Positions 36,051-44,463 of a stretch of DNA of 64,000 bases are shown here, one piece after another; within the stretch, counting starts at the first letter, position 1, and every line of letters starts with the position of its first letter. The notes beneath the pieces are model-generated. The model saw only the letters and a program-made list of their open reading frames with translations, was not told the origin of the DNA and made no database searches. The stretch is from Oscillospiraceae bacterium (GTDB lineage Bacteria; Bacillota; Clostridia; Oscillospirales; Oscillospiraceae), in NCBI GenBank assembly GCA_902765595.1, contig CACXAQ010000007.1:6373-70372 (forward strand), written 5' to 3'. The translations under genes and the position numbers were made by a program.

Positions 36051-39000
36051 GCTCCGATCCCTCCCCGTCCAGCAGAGTGAAGACCTTGAAGTCGCTGAGC
36101 TTGGGCAGATAGCGGCAGCTCTCGCCGCCCTCGCCGTCGCTGAAATAACAGGCGTCCAGATAGTCGCAGTTGAGGCAGGCGGTCTCCTGCTGGCTGCGGT
36201 AATAGGGGTCGGCGGCGATGCTGCCCCGGTGGAGCTCCCCGGCCATCTGGGTCAGGGTCCGCCGCAGGTGGCGGGAGAGCTGGCCCATCCGCTCCAGAGA
36301 GGCCAGAGAGTCCGCGCTGTCCTTGCGCTTGGAAAACTTCACGGGGATGTAACGCTTGTCCTCGCCCTTTTCCCAGGCCTCCAGCAGGGCGGGGTCGTCC
36401 AGGACCAGACCGCTGCGGCGCAGGGCGTCACTCCGCTTTTTGGCGATCTCCTCGTCCCCCGCGCCGGCGTCCACCGGCAGCATCAGGTTCCGGGCGGGCA
36501 GGTACATGACCCCCGCGGGGACGATCTCGCGCCCGTAGCGGCGCTCGCCGTTTTCCTCCAGGGCGAACAGATACAGCAGCATCTGCAGCCCCATGCCGTA
36601 CCACACGTCCGACAGGGAGAAGGCCTTTTTGCCGGTCTTATAGTCCACGACCCGCAGGTAGAGCTTGTCCTCGTGGACCCAGCCGTCGATCCGGTCGGCA
36701 ACGCCGGTGAGGGTCAGGGCGCCCTCGCCCTCGCCCAGCTCCAGGGGCCGGATGTCCCGGGCCTTGGAAAAGTCCAGCTCGAAGTCCAGCGGCTCGAAGC
36801 CGGAGCGGCGCAGCTCCTGCACCGTGTCCAGCACGATCTGCTCTCCGTCGGCGCAGAGGCGCCGGAACAGGTGGATGAAGCGGCCGGATTTCTCCTGCAT
36901 ATCGTCCAGCTCCTCGTGGACGTAGCGCTCCGTCCAGGCCCGGGTCAGGGCCCGGATCCGCTCGTCGTCCACGGCCTGGAAGCCGCCCAGCTCCCGGACC
37001 TGCCGCACGGTGTTTTCCAGCACATAGTGCAGGAAGGTGCCGATCTCCGGGGGCTGGAAGCCCGCGGGCTCGTAGGGCTTGGCCCTCAGGCCGTACTGGC
37101 AGAAGTAGGAGAACTTGCAGGAGGAGAATTTGTCGATGCGGGAGGCGCTCAGATAGAGCTTCGGCCCGTAGAGAGCCTCCACCGCCGCGGGGGAGAGGGT
37201 CCCCCGGGTGCCGGCCGCGGCCCGCTCCAGCTTCCCGAAGCGGTCGGGGGCCTCCCGGCGGAAGTATTCCGCCGCGGCCGCCGCCGCGGGGCGGCCAGCC
37301 TGCAGGGCGTGGGCCGCCAGGGTCAGCGCGGGGCCGGGGGCGCTGAGCCGGCTCTCGTCCAGGCTCAGCCGCTTTGGCTCTATGCCGAAAAGGGCCTTGG
37401 CCCGCTCGAACACATAGGCCGGGCGCAGGGCCTCCCCCTCATGGTCGCAGAGGGGATAGCTCAGATAAAGCCCCTCCGAGGGCAGGGTCAGGCAGTTGTA
37501 GAGCAGGGAAAACTCCCGCCACAGCTCGCCCTCGCCGCCGCCCAGGTCGATCTCCAGCTCCAAAAGCCGCTCCCGCTCCTCGTCGGAGAAGACGCCGGGG
37601 GCCTCCTTCGTCATGGGGAGGCGGCCCTCGTGGCAGCCCAGCACCAGCAGGTGCCGGAGGCTGCGGCGGCGCATCCGGTCAAAATCGCCGGCGGAGACCC
37701 GGTCCAGGGACACGGGGATCAGGCCGATGTCGTATTGGGAGAGCATGCGGGTAAAGAGCCGGCCGAAGGACACGGCGTCCATCTGCATGTCGCCGAGAAG
37801 CGCCGCGCTCTGCTCCAGGGCCGAGACGATCAGCTCCCAGAGCTGGCCCGTCTCCCGTGCCAGAGCCTCCCGCCCGTCCGCCTCCAGCTGGGCGGCGCGG
37901 GCCTCCAGCTGCTCCGGCAGCTTCAGATCGATCAGCAGGCTCGAGAGGGCCGCGGCCTGGCCCTTGGCGGTGTCCGCCAGGCGGCTGCTGCGGGCAAAGC
38001 GCTGCAGGGGCTCCGCCGCGCGCCGCCGCAGGGCGTTGATGCGGGCGAGACGGGCCGTGCTCTCCTCGGTCACCTGGGCGCCGTAGCCGTCCGGGTGCTG
38101 CCGCCAGTCCCCATCCCGGTCCCAGGCGCCGCCCCGGAGCTGCCACTTATAAATGTAGTCGGAGAGCAGGTCGCACTCCTCCGGGTCCAGGCCCGTGAGC
38201 CCGGTGCCCAGATAACTGATCACATCGTCCACATCCCAGCCGGCGCCGGTGATGTCGTAAGCCAGGGAGATGAGGGCGGGCAGGGGCTTTTGCAGCAGCT
38301 CCGAGCGCCGCGCCACGAAGAGGGGGATCCCGTAGTGCCGGAACACGTTTTCCAGGGTGGCCCGGTAGTCCTCAAAGCCCCGCACGGCCACGGCGATGTC
38401 CCGCCAGCGGCAGCCGTCCTCCCGCACCAGCTCCAGGACCCTTGCCGCCGCGGCCTCGCACTCGGCGGAGATGCTCTCGGCGTAACCCAGGCGGAGGCAG
38501 GCGCTCTCGCCCGCATAGCGCTCGCCGCCGTAGCGGAACATCTCATCGGCAAAAAAGCGCAGAGCGGGGGCCTTGCCGCCCTCCTGCCGCAGCTGATCCA
38601 CCCGGACCTCCTGCCCCAGCTCCTTGGCCTGGGCGGCAAGGCGGCGGAAGGCGGCGCGGCTCAGGGCGAAGATCTCCTCCTCCCCATAGGGGCCGTCCAT
38701 GGTCAGACAGACCGTGAGGGATACGCCCCTGCGCAGCAGCGCCGCGAGCACCGCGTGCTCCTGATACGTAAAATCCAGAAAGCCGTCCACATATACGGCG
38801 TTTTCGGGGCCCAGGGCCCCCTCCTCGATCTGCCGGGCCAGCAGGCTCAGCCGGTCGGAGGGGTCGGCGTGGCCGTTTGAAACCACGGCGTCGTAGGCCT
38901 CCAGGATCAGGGCCATGTCCTGCAGCTTCAGCCCCAGGCCGCCGCCGCAGCGCTCGGCCGCCGCCACGAGCTGTTCGGGCGTCACGCAGGAGGTCTTCAG

Positions 39001-39378
39001 CTCGTCCACGGCGGAGAGCAGCAGGGTCTGCAGCTCCGCCTTCTGGCGAGCCCCGCCGTAGACCTGCAGCCGGGGACCGGCGGCGTCCAGGGCCAGGGCC
39101 ATGCACAAAAGCCGCCCGCCCTTGTCCAGCAGGGGCGCGGCCAGGCCGCCCTTTTCCTGGGCGACTCTGCGGGCAAGCCCCGTGAAGCTCAGCACCTCCG
39201 CCGTCAGGGAGAGGCTGTCTCCGCAGATCCGGCAGAGCTCCCGCTCCGCCTCGTGACTGTATTGCTCGGGCACCAGCAGGATCCGCCCCCGCCGACGTGC
39301 TTCCACCGCCCGGCGCAGTTCCTCGTAGATCGCCGCCGTTTTGCCGGTACCGGCCTTTCCGATGATGAAACGGAGCAT
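36043..39378 (-). CDS. addB: ATP-dependent helicase/nuclease subunit B
   Basis: 1111 aa. Walker A GKAGTGKT, and a C-terminal nuclease with Fe-S Cys residues (CLNCDYLDAC). It overlaps addA by 8 nt. Confidence 0.92.
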   Translation of the reverse strand: MLRFIIGKAGTGKTAAIYEELRRAVEARRRGRILLVPEQYSHEAERELCRICGDSLSLTAEVLSFTGLARRVAQEKGGLAAPLLDKGGRLLCMALALDAAGPRLQVYGGARQKAELQTLLLSAVDELKTSCVTPEQLVAAAERCGGGLGLKLQDMALILEAYDAVVSNGHADPSDRLSLLARQIEEGALGPENAVYVDGFLDFTYQEHAVLAALLRRGVSLTVCLTMDGPYGEEEIFALSRAAFRRLAAQAKELGQEVRVDQLRQEGGKAPALRFFADEMFRYGGERYAGESACLRLGYAESISAECEAAAARVLELVREDGCRWRDIAVAVRGFEDYRATLENVFRHYGIPLFVARRSELLQKPLPALISLAYDITGAGWDVDDVISYLGTGLTGLDPEECDLLSDYIYKWQLRGGAWDRDGDWRQHPDGYGAQVTEESTARLARINALRRRAAEPLQRFARSSRLADTAKGQAAALSSLLIDLKLPEQLEARAAQLEADGREALARETGQLWELIVSALEQSAALLGDMQMDAVSFGRLFTRMLSQYDIGLIPVSLDRVSAGDFDRMRRRSLRHLLVLGCHEGRLPMTKEAPGVFSDEERERLLELEIDLGGGEGELWREFSLLYNCLTLPSEGLYLSYPLCDHEGEALRPAYVFERAKALFGIEPKRLSLDESRLSAPGPALTLAAHALQAGRPAAAAAAEYFRREAPDRFGKLERAAAGTRGTLSPAAVEALYGPKLYLSASRIDKFSSCKFSYFCQYGLRAKPYEPAGFQPPEIGTFLHYVLENTVRQVRELGGFQAVDDERIRALTRAWTERYVHEELDDMQEKSGRFIHLFRRLCADGEQIVLDTVQELRRSGFEPLDFELDFSKARDIRPLELGEGEGALTLTGVADRIDGWVHEDKLYLRVVDYKTGKKAFSLSDVWYGMGLQMLLYLFALEENGERRYGREIVPAGVMYLPARNLMLPVDAGAGDEEIAKKRSDALRRSGLVLDDPALLEAWEKGEDKRYIPVKFSKRKDSADSLASLERMGQLSRHLRRTLTQMAGELHRGSIAADPYYRSQQETACLNCDYLDACYFSDGEGGESCRYLPKLSDFKVFTLLDGEGSEHA

Positions 39379-39485
39379 CCGCGCCCTCCTTTCGCGTCAA
39401 AATGACGCAGACTTTTTTCCTATTTTACCAAATTCCCCATGTGCTTGCAAGCGGAGGAAAAATCCGCGCGAAACGGGAAATCCTC

Positions 39486-39514
39486 TTGATAACGGGAGTG
39501 AGATGTGCTATTGT
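39486..39514 (+). promoter_or_regulatory. sigma-A-type promoter candidate (aminotransferase gene)
   Basis: TTGATA, 17-nt spacer, TATTGT with an upstream TG. Confidence 0.45.
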
Positions 39515-39552
39515 CTTCTTTGGCAGAGTTCACAAGTAAGGAGGATGCTTTG

Positions 39553-40749
39553 ATGAAGTTTTCGTCTAAAATAGAAAAATGCAGTCTGTCCCCCATGCGC
39601 AAGTTCGCCGCCATCGCCGAGCGGGCCGATGAGCGGGGACTGAACATTTTCCGCCTGAACATCGGGCAGCCGGATCTGCCCACGCCCCACACCTTCTTCG
39701 ACCGGCTCCAGAGCTTCCACCAGCCGGTGCTGAGCTATTCGCCCTCCAACGGCCTGCCTGAATACCTGGACGCGGTCTGCCACTATTACCACGGCCTGGG
39801 CGTGGACCTGAGCAGGGGAGACCTGCTGGGCACCACCGGCGGCAGCGAGGCGCTGCAGATGGCTCTGTCCGCCATTCTGGACGAGGGGGACGAGATCGTC
39901 ATCCCCGAGCCCTTCTACCCCAACTATGCCACCATGACCAACCTGACCGGCGCCCGGGTGCATCCCCTGACCACCTCGCCCGAGGAGGGCTACCGCTACG
40001 CCGTCCGGGAGCGGGTGGAGGCCTGCATCAACGAGCATACCCGCGCCATCATGATCACCAACCCCGGCAACCCCACCGGCTGCGTGCTCAGCCGGGAGGA
40101 GCTGAAGCTGATGCTGGACATCGCCAAAGAGCATGAGCTCTTCATCATCTGCGACGAGGTGTACCGGGAATTTGTCTATAACGGCGAGCGGCTCATGAGC
40201 GCCCTGCAGTTTGAGGGCTACGAGGAGAACGTCATCGTCATCGACTCGGTGTCCAAGCGCTTTTCCGCCTGCGGCGCCCGCGTGGGCGCGCTGATCTCCC
40301 GCAACCGGGAATTCTTGAGCCACTGCCTGAAGTGGAGCCAGATGCGTCTCTCCAGCCCCACTGTGGACCAGCTCGCCGCCGCTTCCCTCTATTCCTTCAC
40401 CAAGGCCTATTTCGACGAGATGCGCGAGGAATACCGCGCCCGCCGGGACACCATGATCCGCGGCCTGCGGAGGATCCGGGGCGTCATCTGCGACGAGCCC
40501 CAGGGCGCCTTCTACGTGATGGCGGCCCTGCCCGTGGACGACGCGGAGAAGTTCCAGGAATGGCTGCTGACGGAGTTTGACGACCACGGCGACACCCTGA
40601 TGTTCGCCGCCGGCGGCCCCTTCTACGCCACCCCCGGCAAGGGCATAAACGAAGTGCGCATGGCCTATGTGCTGGAAAAAGAGAAGCTGGAGCGGGCCAT
40701 GGAGGTGCTGGCCATCGCCATCGAGCAGTACAACAGCCGGGAGAAATGA
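39553..40749 (+). CDS. pyridoxal-phosphate-dependent class I/II aminotransferase (aspartate aminotransferase-like)
   Basis: ATG 39553 lies 8 nt after AAGGAGG. PLP-Lys context SVSKRFSACGARVG. Confidence 0.9.
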   Translation: MKFSSKIEKCSLSPMRKFAAIAERADERGLNIFRLNIGQPDLPTPHTFFDRLQSFHQPVLSYSPSNGLPEYLDAVCHYYHGLGVDLSRGDLLGTTGGSEALQMALSAILDEGDEIVIPEPFYPNYATMTNLTGARVHPLTTSPEEGYRYAVRERVEACINEHTRAIMITNPGNPTGCVLSREELKLMLDIAKEHELFIICDEVYREFVYNGERLMSALQFEGYEENVIVIDSVSKRFSACGARVGALISRNREFLSHCLKWSQMRLSSPTVDQLAAASLYSFTKAYFDEMREEYRARRDTMIRGLRRIRGVICDEPQGAFYVMAALPVDDAEKFQEWLLTEFDDHGDTLMFAAGGPFYATPGKGINEVRMAYVLEKEKLERAMEVLAIAIEQYNSREK

Positions 40750-40816
40750 TCTCTTGTGACCGGCGTTCCCAGGTATCACAAGATATGGGGATGTGCCGCA
40801 GCAACGCAAATTTTAG

Positions 40817-40846
40817 TTGACAGACCCGGCTTTCTTCGAGTATAAT
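40817..40846 (+). promoter_or_regulatory. strong sigma-A-type promoter candidate upstream of rpmH
   Basis: TTGACA, 18-nt spacer, TATAAT. Confidence 0.6.
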
Positions 40847-40847
40847 G

Positions 40848-40885
40848 ACCACTCGACGGCATGACCGTCGAGTGGTTTTCTCTTT
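40848..40885 (+). terminator. 12-bp hairpin plus T-rich tail immediately after the rpmH promoter
   Basis: ACCACTCGACGG-catga-CCGTCGAGTGGT followed by TTTCTCTTT. It could terminate the aminotransferase transcript or form a 5' stem on the rpmH mRNA. Confidence 0.5.
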
Positions 40886-40982
40886 GTCAACTACTTCACG
40901 CCGGACCCCGGCGCGATGTTGAGTAGGCCCGCCTTCCCGAGAGAGGCGCGGGTCCAAAAAAATCCGGAAAGGAGTGCAAGAA

Positions 40983-41117
40983 ATGCTTCGTACCTACCAG
41001 CCCAAGAAGCTCCAGCGCAAGAAAGAGCACGGTTTTCGCAAGAGAATGAAGACCGCCAACGGCCGCAAGGTCCTCGCCCGCCGCAGAGCCAAGGGCAGAG
41101 CCAAGCTCAGCTACTGA
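40983..41117 (+). CDS. rpmH: 50S ribosomal protein L34
   Basis: 44 aa, too short for the ORF track. [56 protein letters not shown] lies upstream. Confidence 0.93.
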   Translation: MLRTYQPKKLQRKKEHGFRKRMKTANGRKVLARRRAKGRAKLSY

Positions 41118-41217
41118 TCCCAGACCACACCCGTGAGCAGGGTCCGGAAAAACGACGGAATATGAGCATTTTCAGGGCGGAGCGATCCGCCCTTAAGGCG
41201 CGTCGGGAGATTTATCC

Positions 41218-41568
41218 TTGAAAAGCAGATGCACGTTAAAAAAGAACAGCGACTTCCGGCGGCTCTACGCCAAGGGGAAGAGCGCGGCGACCCCCTATCT
41301 GGTGGTCTACTGCCGCAGGAACCGGACCGGGGAGAACCGGCTGGGCTATACGGTGTCCACCCGTCTGGGCCACGCCGTTGTCCGCAACCGGGTCCGCCGC
41401 CGCCTGCGGGAGATCGTGCGGCTCAACGCCCCCCGGCTCCAGACCGGCTGGGACATCGTCATCGTTGCCCGCGGCCGCGCCGTCGAGGCCCCCTACCGGA
41501 AGCTGGACGCCGCCTTCCTGGGCGCCTGTGAAAAGCTGGGGCTCGTGAAGAAGGAGGCAGAGGCGTGA
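41218..41568 (+). CDS. rnpA: ribonuclease P protein component
   Basis: 116 aa with a TTG start. ...[15 protein letters not shown]...VVYCRRN...[24 protein letters not shown]. Position is after rpmH. Confidence 0.9.
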   Translation: MKSRCTLKKNSDFRRLYAKGKSAATPYLVVYCRRNRTGENRLGYTVSTRLGHAVVRNRVRRRLREIVRLNAPRLQTGWDIVIVARGRAVEAPYRKLDAAFLGACEKLGLVKKEAEA

Positions 41569-41783
41569 AAAAGCTGCTGCTTGCCGCCATCCGCTTTTAT
41601 CAGAAGCAAATTTCCCCGGGGCGTCCGCCCTGCTGCCGTTTTCGGCCCACCTGCTCGCAGTACGCGCTTCAGGCCATTGAAAAATACGGCGCCCTCAAGG
41701 GCGGCTGGCTGGCCCTGAAACGCATCAGCTGCTGCCATCCCTTTTATAAAGGGAAGCGCGGCATTTACGACCCCGTACCATAA
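41565..41783 (+). CDS. yidD: membrane protein insertion efficiency factor YidD
   Basis: 72 aa. [38 protein letters not shown]. Confidence 0.92.
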   Translation: MKKLLLAAIRFYQKQISPGRPPCCRFRPTCSQYALQAIEKYGALKGGWLALKRISCCHPFYKGKRGIYDPVP

Positions 41784-41800
41784 GAGAAGGAGTTCATGTT

Positions 41801-43123
41801 ATGTCCTTTTGGCAAATCATTACCTGGCCCTTCGCAAAGCTGATGGTCATGTTCTACAACCTGACCGGGAACTACGGCCTGTCCATCATCCTGTTCGGCC
41901 TGATGGTGAACCTGGTCGTCCTCCCCTTCATGGCGAGGAGCAAAAAGAGCATGATGCGCTCTACCCGCCTGCAGCCCAAGATCCAGGAGCTGCAGCGTCG
42001 GCACGAAGGCAACCAGCAGAAGCTGAACGCGGAGCTGCAGAAGCTGTACCAGGAAGAGGGCGTGAATCCCATGTCCGGCTGCCTCTGGTCCCTGCTGCCG
42101 CTGTTCCTGCTGATCCCCCTGTACAGCATCATCCGTCAGCCCATCACCCGTATGATGATGGCCCCTACCACGGTGGTGGACGAGCTGAGCACCTATTTTG
42201 CCAGCGATCTGGAAGGCCTGGGCACCCGTGCAGCGGCCTATAAAGAGATCCTGCTGACAAACCTTGCCCACAACAACTGGGACACGGTGCAGGCCGCCCT
42301 GGGCGACAAGCTCAACGGCCTGATGAACGTGGACCTGGGCTTTTTGGGCATGAACCTGGGTGAACAGCCCAACTGGCGCACCATCTTTTCCGGTCCCTGG
42401 ACCTGGGCCGCTATCGGCCTGTTCCTGATCCCCTTCGTGTCCGCGGGCCTGTCCTGGCTGTCCATGAAGGTGGCCAACGCCACCAATCCCCAGATGGCCA
42501 CTGCCGACGGCTCCGCCCAGAGCATGACCAAGAGCATGAATCTGATGATGCCCCTCATGAGCGTGTGGATCTGCTTCTCCATGCCCGCCGCCATGGGCAT
42601 CTACTGGATCGTCAACAGCATCTTCGGCATGATCCGCGACTATATCCTCACCAAGCACTACAAGAAGAAGCTGGATGAAGAGGACGCCGAGCGTCTGGCC
42701 GCCCGCAGCGAGCGGGAGAGAGAGCTGGAGCTCAAGCGCATCGAGACCGAGCGGCTGAAGGCCGAGGGCAAGACCGAGGTCAACCAGAACACCAGCAAGA
42801 AGAAGCTCCAGGCCAGCGAAAAGCAGAAGGCCGAGGAGCGCAAGGCCGCCATCGTCCGCGATGAGCGGGCCGCGCGCCGGGAGCGTCTGGGCGTGAAGGA
42901 GACGGAGAAGCCCGCCTCCCAGGTGGGCAACCGCCGCTACGCCCGGGGCCGCGCCTATGTGCCCGACCGTTACGAGAACCCCGAGGCCGCGGAAGAGGCC
43001 ACCCTGGCCGCCGCCATGGAGTCGGAAGGCGCAGCCGCCATCGACGAGACCGTGGAGGAGACCGTCCCCGCGGCTGACGTGGCCGTGAAGGAAACTGCTC
43101 CCGTGGCCAACGAGCAGGAATAA
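41801..43123 (+). CDS. yidC: YidC/Oxa1-family membrane insertase with a long charged C-terminal extension
   Basis: 440 aa. A conserved 60-kDa-IMP core (to ~aa 270) followed by a ~170-aa Lys/Glu/Arg-rich tail. Confidence 0.9.
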   Translation: MSFWQIITWPFAKLMVMFYNLTGNYGLSIILFGLMVNLVVLPFMARSKKSMMRSTRLQPKIQELQRRHEGNQQKLNAELQKLYQEEGVNPMSGCLWSLLPLFLLIPLYSIIRQPITRMMMAPTTVVDELSTYFASDLEGLGTRAAAYKEILLTNLAHNNWDTVQAALGDKLNGLMNVDLGFLGMNLGEQPNWRTIFSGPWTWAAIGLFLIPFVSAGLSWLSMKVANATNPQMATADGSAQSMTKSMNLMMPLMSVWICFSMPAAMGIYWIVNSIFGMIRDYILTKHYKKKLDEEDAERLAARSERERELELKRIETERLKAEGKTEVNQNTSKKKLQASEKQKAEERKAAIVRDERAARRERLGVKETEKPASQVGNRRYARGRAYVPDRYENPEAAEEATLAAAMESEGAAAIDETVEETVPAADVAVKETAPVANEQE

Positions 43124-43138
43124 GGAGTTTACTGACAA

Positions 43139-43975
43139 ATGGAAAAATATTTGGAGAAGACCGGCCGCACCACCGATGACGCCATCGCGGCAGCTCTGGC
43201 GGAGCTGCACCTGGAGCGGGAAGAGGTGACGGTCGAGGTCCTGCAGCTGCCCAAGTCCGGCTTCCTGGGCATCGGCGCCTCTCCGGCGGTGATCCGCGTG
43301 AGCTACCAGGTGGAGGACGAGCCCGTCCCCGCCCCGGCGGTCGAGAAGCCCGCCGGGACCGAGAAGCCCGTGAAGGCGGAGAAGCCCGCCAGGACCGAGA
43401 AGCCCGTGAAGGCCGAAAAGCCCGCCAAGGCCGAAAATCCCGTGAAGACCGAGATGCCCGCCCCCGTGGCGGACGAGGAAGCGGAGTTCGCCGAAGTCCG
43501 CGCCTTCCTGGGCGGCCTGCTGGAGCACATGGGCGTGGACGCCCAGATCGACATTCGCCGCCGGGAGAACGGCGGCATCGGCGTGAACCTGTCCGGTGAC
43601 AGCATGGGCGCCATCATCGGCCGCCGGGGCGAGACCCTGGACGCCATCCAGCACCTGACCAACTACGCCGTCAACAAGGGCAACGACAAGCACATGCACA
43701 TCAGCGTGGACGCCGAGGGCTACCGCAGCAAGCGGGAGGAATCCCTGGCCCACTCCGCCGAGAAGATGGCCGAGAAGGTGCTCAAGTATAAGCGCAGCAT
43801 GGCCTTCGAGCCCATGAACAGCTACGAGCGCCATGTGATCCACACCGCCCTGCAGAATTATGAGGGCGTCACCACCAGCTCCACCGGCGTGGAGCCCAAC
43901 CGCCGCGTGGTGGTCTCCTACGTCAAGCCCGAGGCCCCCAAGTCCAACAAGCCTCAGAGCCGCGAGTGGGCCTGA
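43139..43975 (+). CDS. jag: Jag/KhpB (EloR) RNA-binding protein (Jag_N-KH-R3H)
   Basis: 278 aa. An N-terminal Jag domain, an EKP(V/A)KA repeat linker, then KH and R3H domains (...ERHVIHTALQ...). Confidence 0.88.
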   Translation: MEKYLEKTGRTTDDAIAAALAELHLEREEVTVEVLQLPKSGFLGIGASPAVIRVSYQVEDEPVPAPAVEKPAGTEKPVKAEKPARTEKPVKAEKPAKAENPVKTEMPAPVADEEAEFAEVRAFLGGLLEHMGVDAQIDIRRRENGGIGVNLSGDSMGAIIGRRGETLDAIQHLTNYAVNKGNDKHMHISVDAEGYRSKREESLAHSAEKMAEKVLKYKRSMAFEPMNSYERHVIHTALQNYEGVTTSSTGVEPNRRVVVSYVKPEAPKSNKPQSREWA

Positions 43976-44014
43976 GATCCGTCATCAACTTTATGTGCAC
44001 AGCACATCGGAGGA

Positions 44015-44248
44015 ATGAACATGATTTTTGAGAAAGTACAGGCCGCCCTGGCCAGCCAGTTCGAGATGGATCCCGAGACCATCACCCTGGACACCAACCT
44101 GATCGACGACATCGGCGCCGACTCCCTGGACGTGGTGGAGCTGATCATGTCCCTGGAGGACGAGTTCGGCATTGCCATTTCCGATGAGGACGCCGCCCAG
44201 CTCTACACGGTCCGCCGGATCGTGGAGTATCTGGAAAAGCTCCAGTAA
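44015..44248 (+). CDS. acyl carrier protein
   Basis: 77 aa. The phosphopantetheine site is in IGADSLDVVELIMSLEDEFG. Confidence 0.85.
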   Translation: MNMIFEKVQAALASQFEMDPETITLDTNLIDDIGADSLDVVELIMSLEDEFGIAISDEDAAQLYTVRRIVEYLEKLQ

Positions 44249-44264
44249 GAGAAAACGAAAAGCA

Positions 44265-44296
44265 AAACGCCTCCCCCCCGACCGGGGGAGGCGTTT
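44265..44296 (+). terminator. intrinsic terminator after the ACP gene
   Basis: AAACGCCTCCCCC-ccgacc-GGGGGAGGCGTTT. Confidence 0.65.
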
Positions 44297-44339
44297 GCAT
44301 ATCCGCAGGACTTGCTTGTCCGCAGGACGGCGGGGGAAC

Positions 44340-44353
44340 TTAAGAATTCTTAA
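44340..44353. promoter_or_regulatory. perfect 14-bp AT-rich palindrome TTAAGAATTCTTAA upstream of the surface-protein promoter
   Basis: It ends 13 bp upstream of the -35 element. Candidate operator or activator site. Confidence 0.35.
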
Positions 44354-44365
44354 CTCTTTCCGGGA

Positions 44366-44394
44366 TGGACAGAACGGAGCCGGGCTGGTATAAT
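44366..44394 (+). promoter_or_regulatory. sigma-A-type promoter candidate (surface protein gene)
   Basis: TGGACA, 17-nt spacer, TATAAT with an extended -10 TG. Confidence 0.55.
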
Positions 44395-44463
44395 ACTTTT
44401 TGAATATGGGGGCGTGTGCCCCAAGCAAATCAAATGCGTTTTTTCTGAAAAGGAGGAACGGGT

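Noticed and set aside
32622-39400. Very long ORFs antisense to addA/addB (1152 aa, 943 aa, 285 aa). Similar giants lie antisense to citEF (1312-3968), yidC (41765-43843), gdhA (50416-52068), PBP1A (53162-55183) and the P60 gene (55865-57994).
   Set aside because: Their products are Gly/Ala/Arg/Pro/His-rich and low in complexity, which is typical of stop-codon-poor antisense frames in high-GC DNA. The opposite strand encodes unmistakable conserved proteins in each case.
40750-41217. oriC / DnaA-box cluster next to rpmH.
   Set aside because: I found no TTATCCACA-like 9-mers (only a partial TTATCCTTG at ~41210), no AT-rich unwinding element, and no dnaA gene nearby.
43330-43450. Short tandem DNA repeats that could suggest a CRISPR or VNTR. 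The same applies to 55540-55640 and 57100-57480.
   Set aside because: All of them are in-frame coding repeats: the EKPxKA linker in Jag, the GDTGGDYGG tail of PBP1A, and the Pro/Thr linkers of the SH3 protein. There are no unique spacers of constant length and no cas genes.
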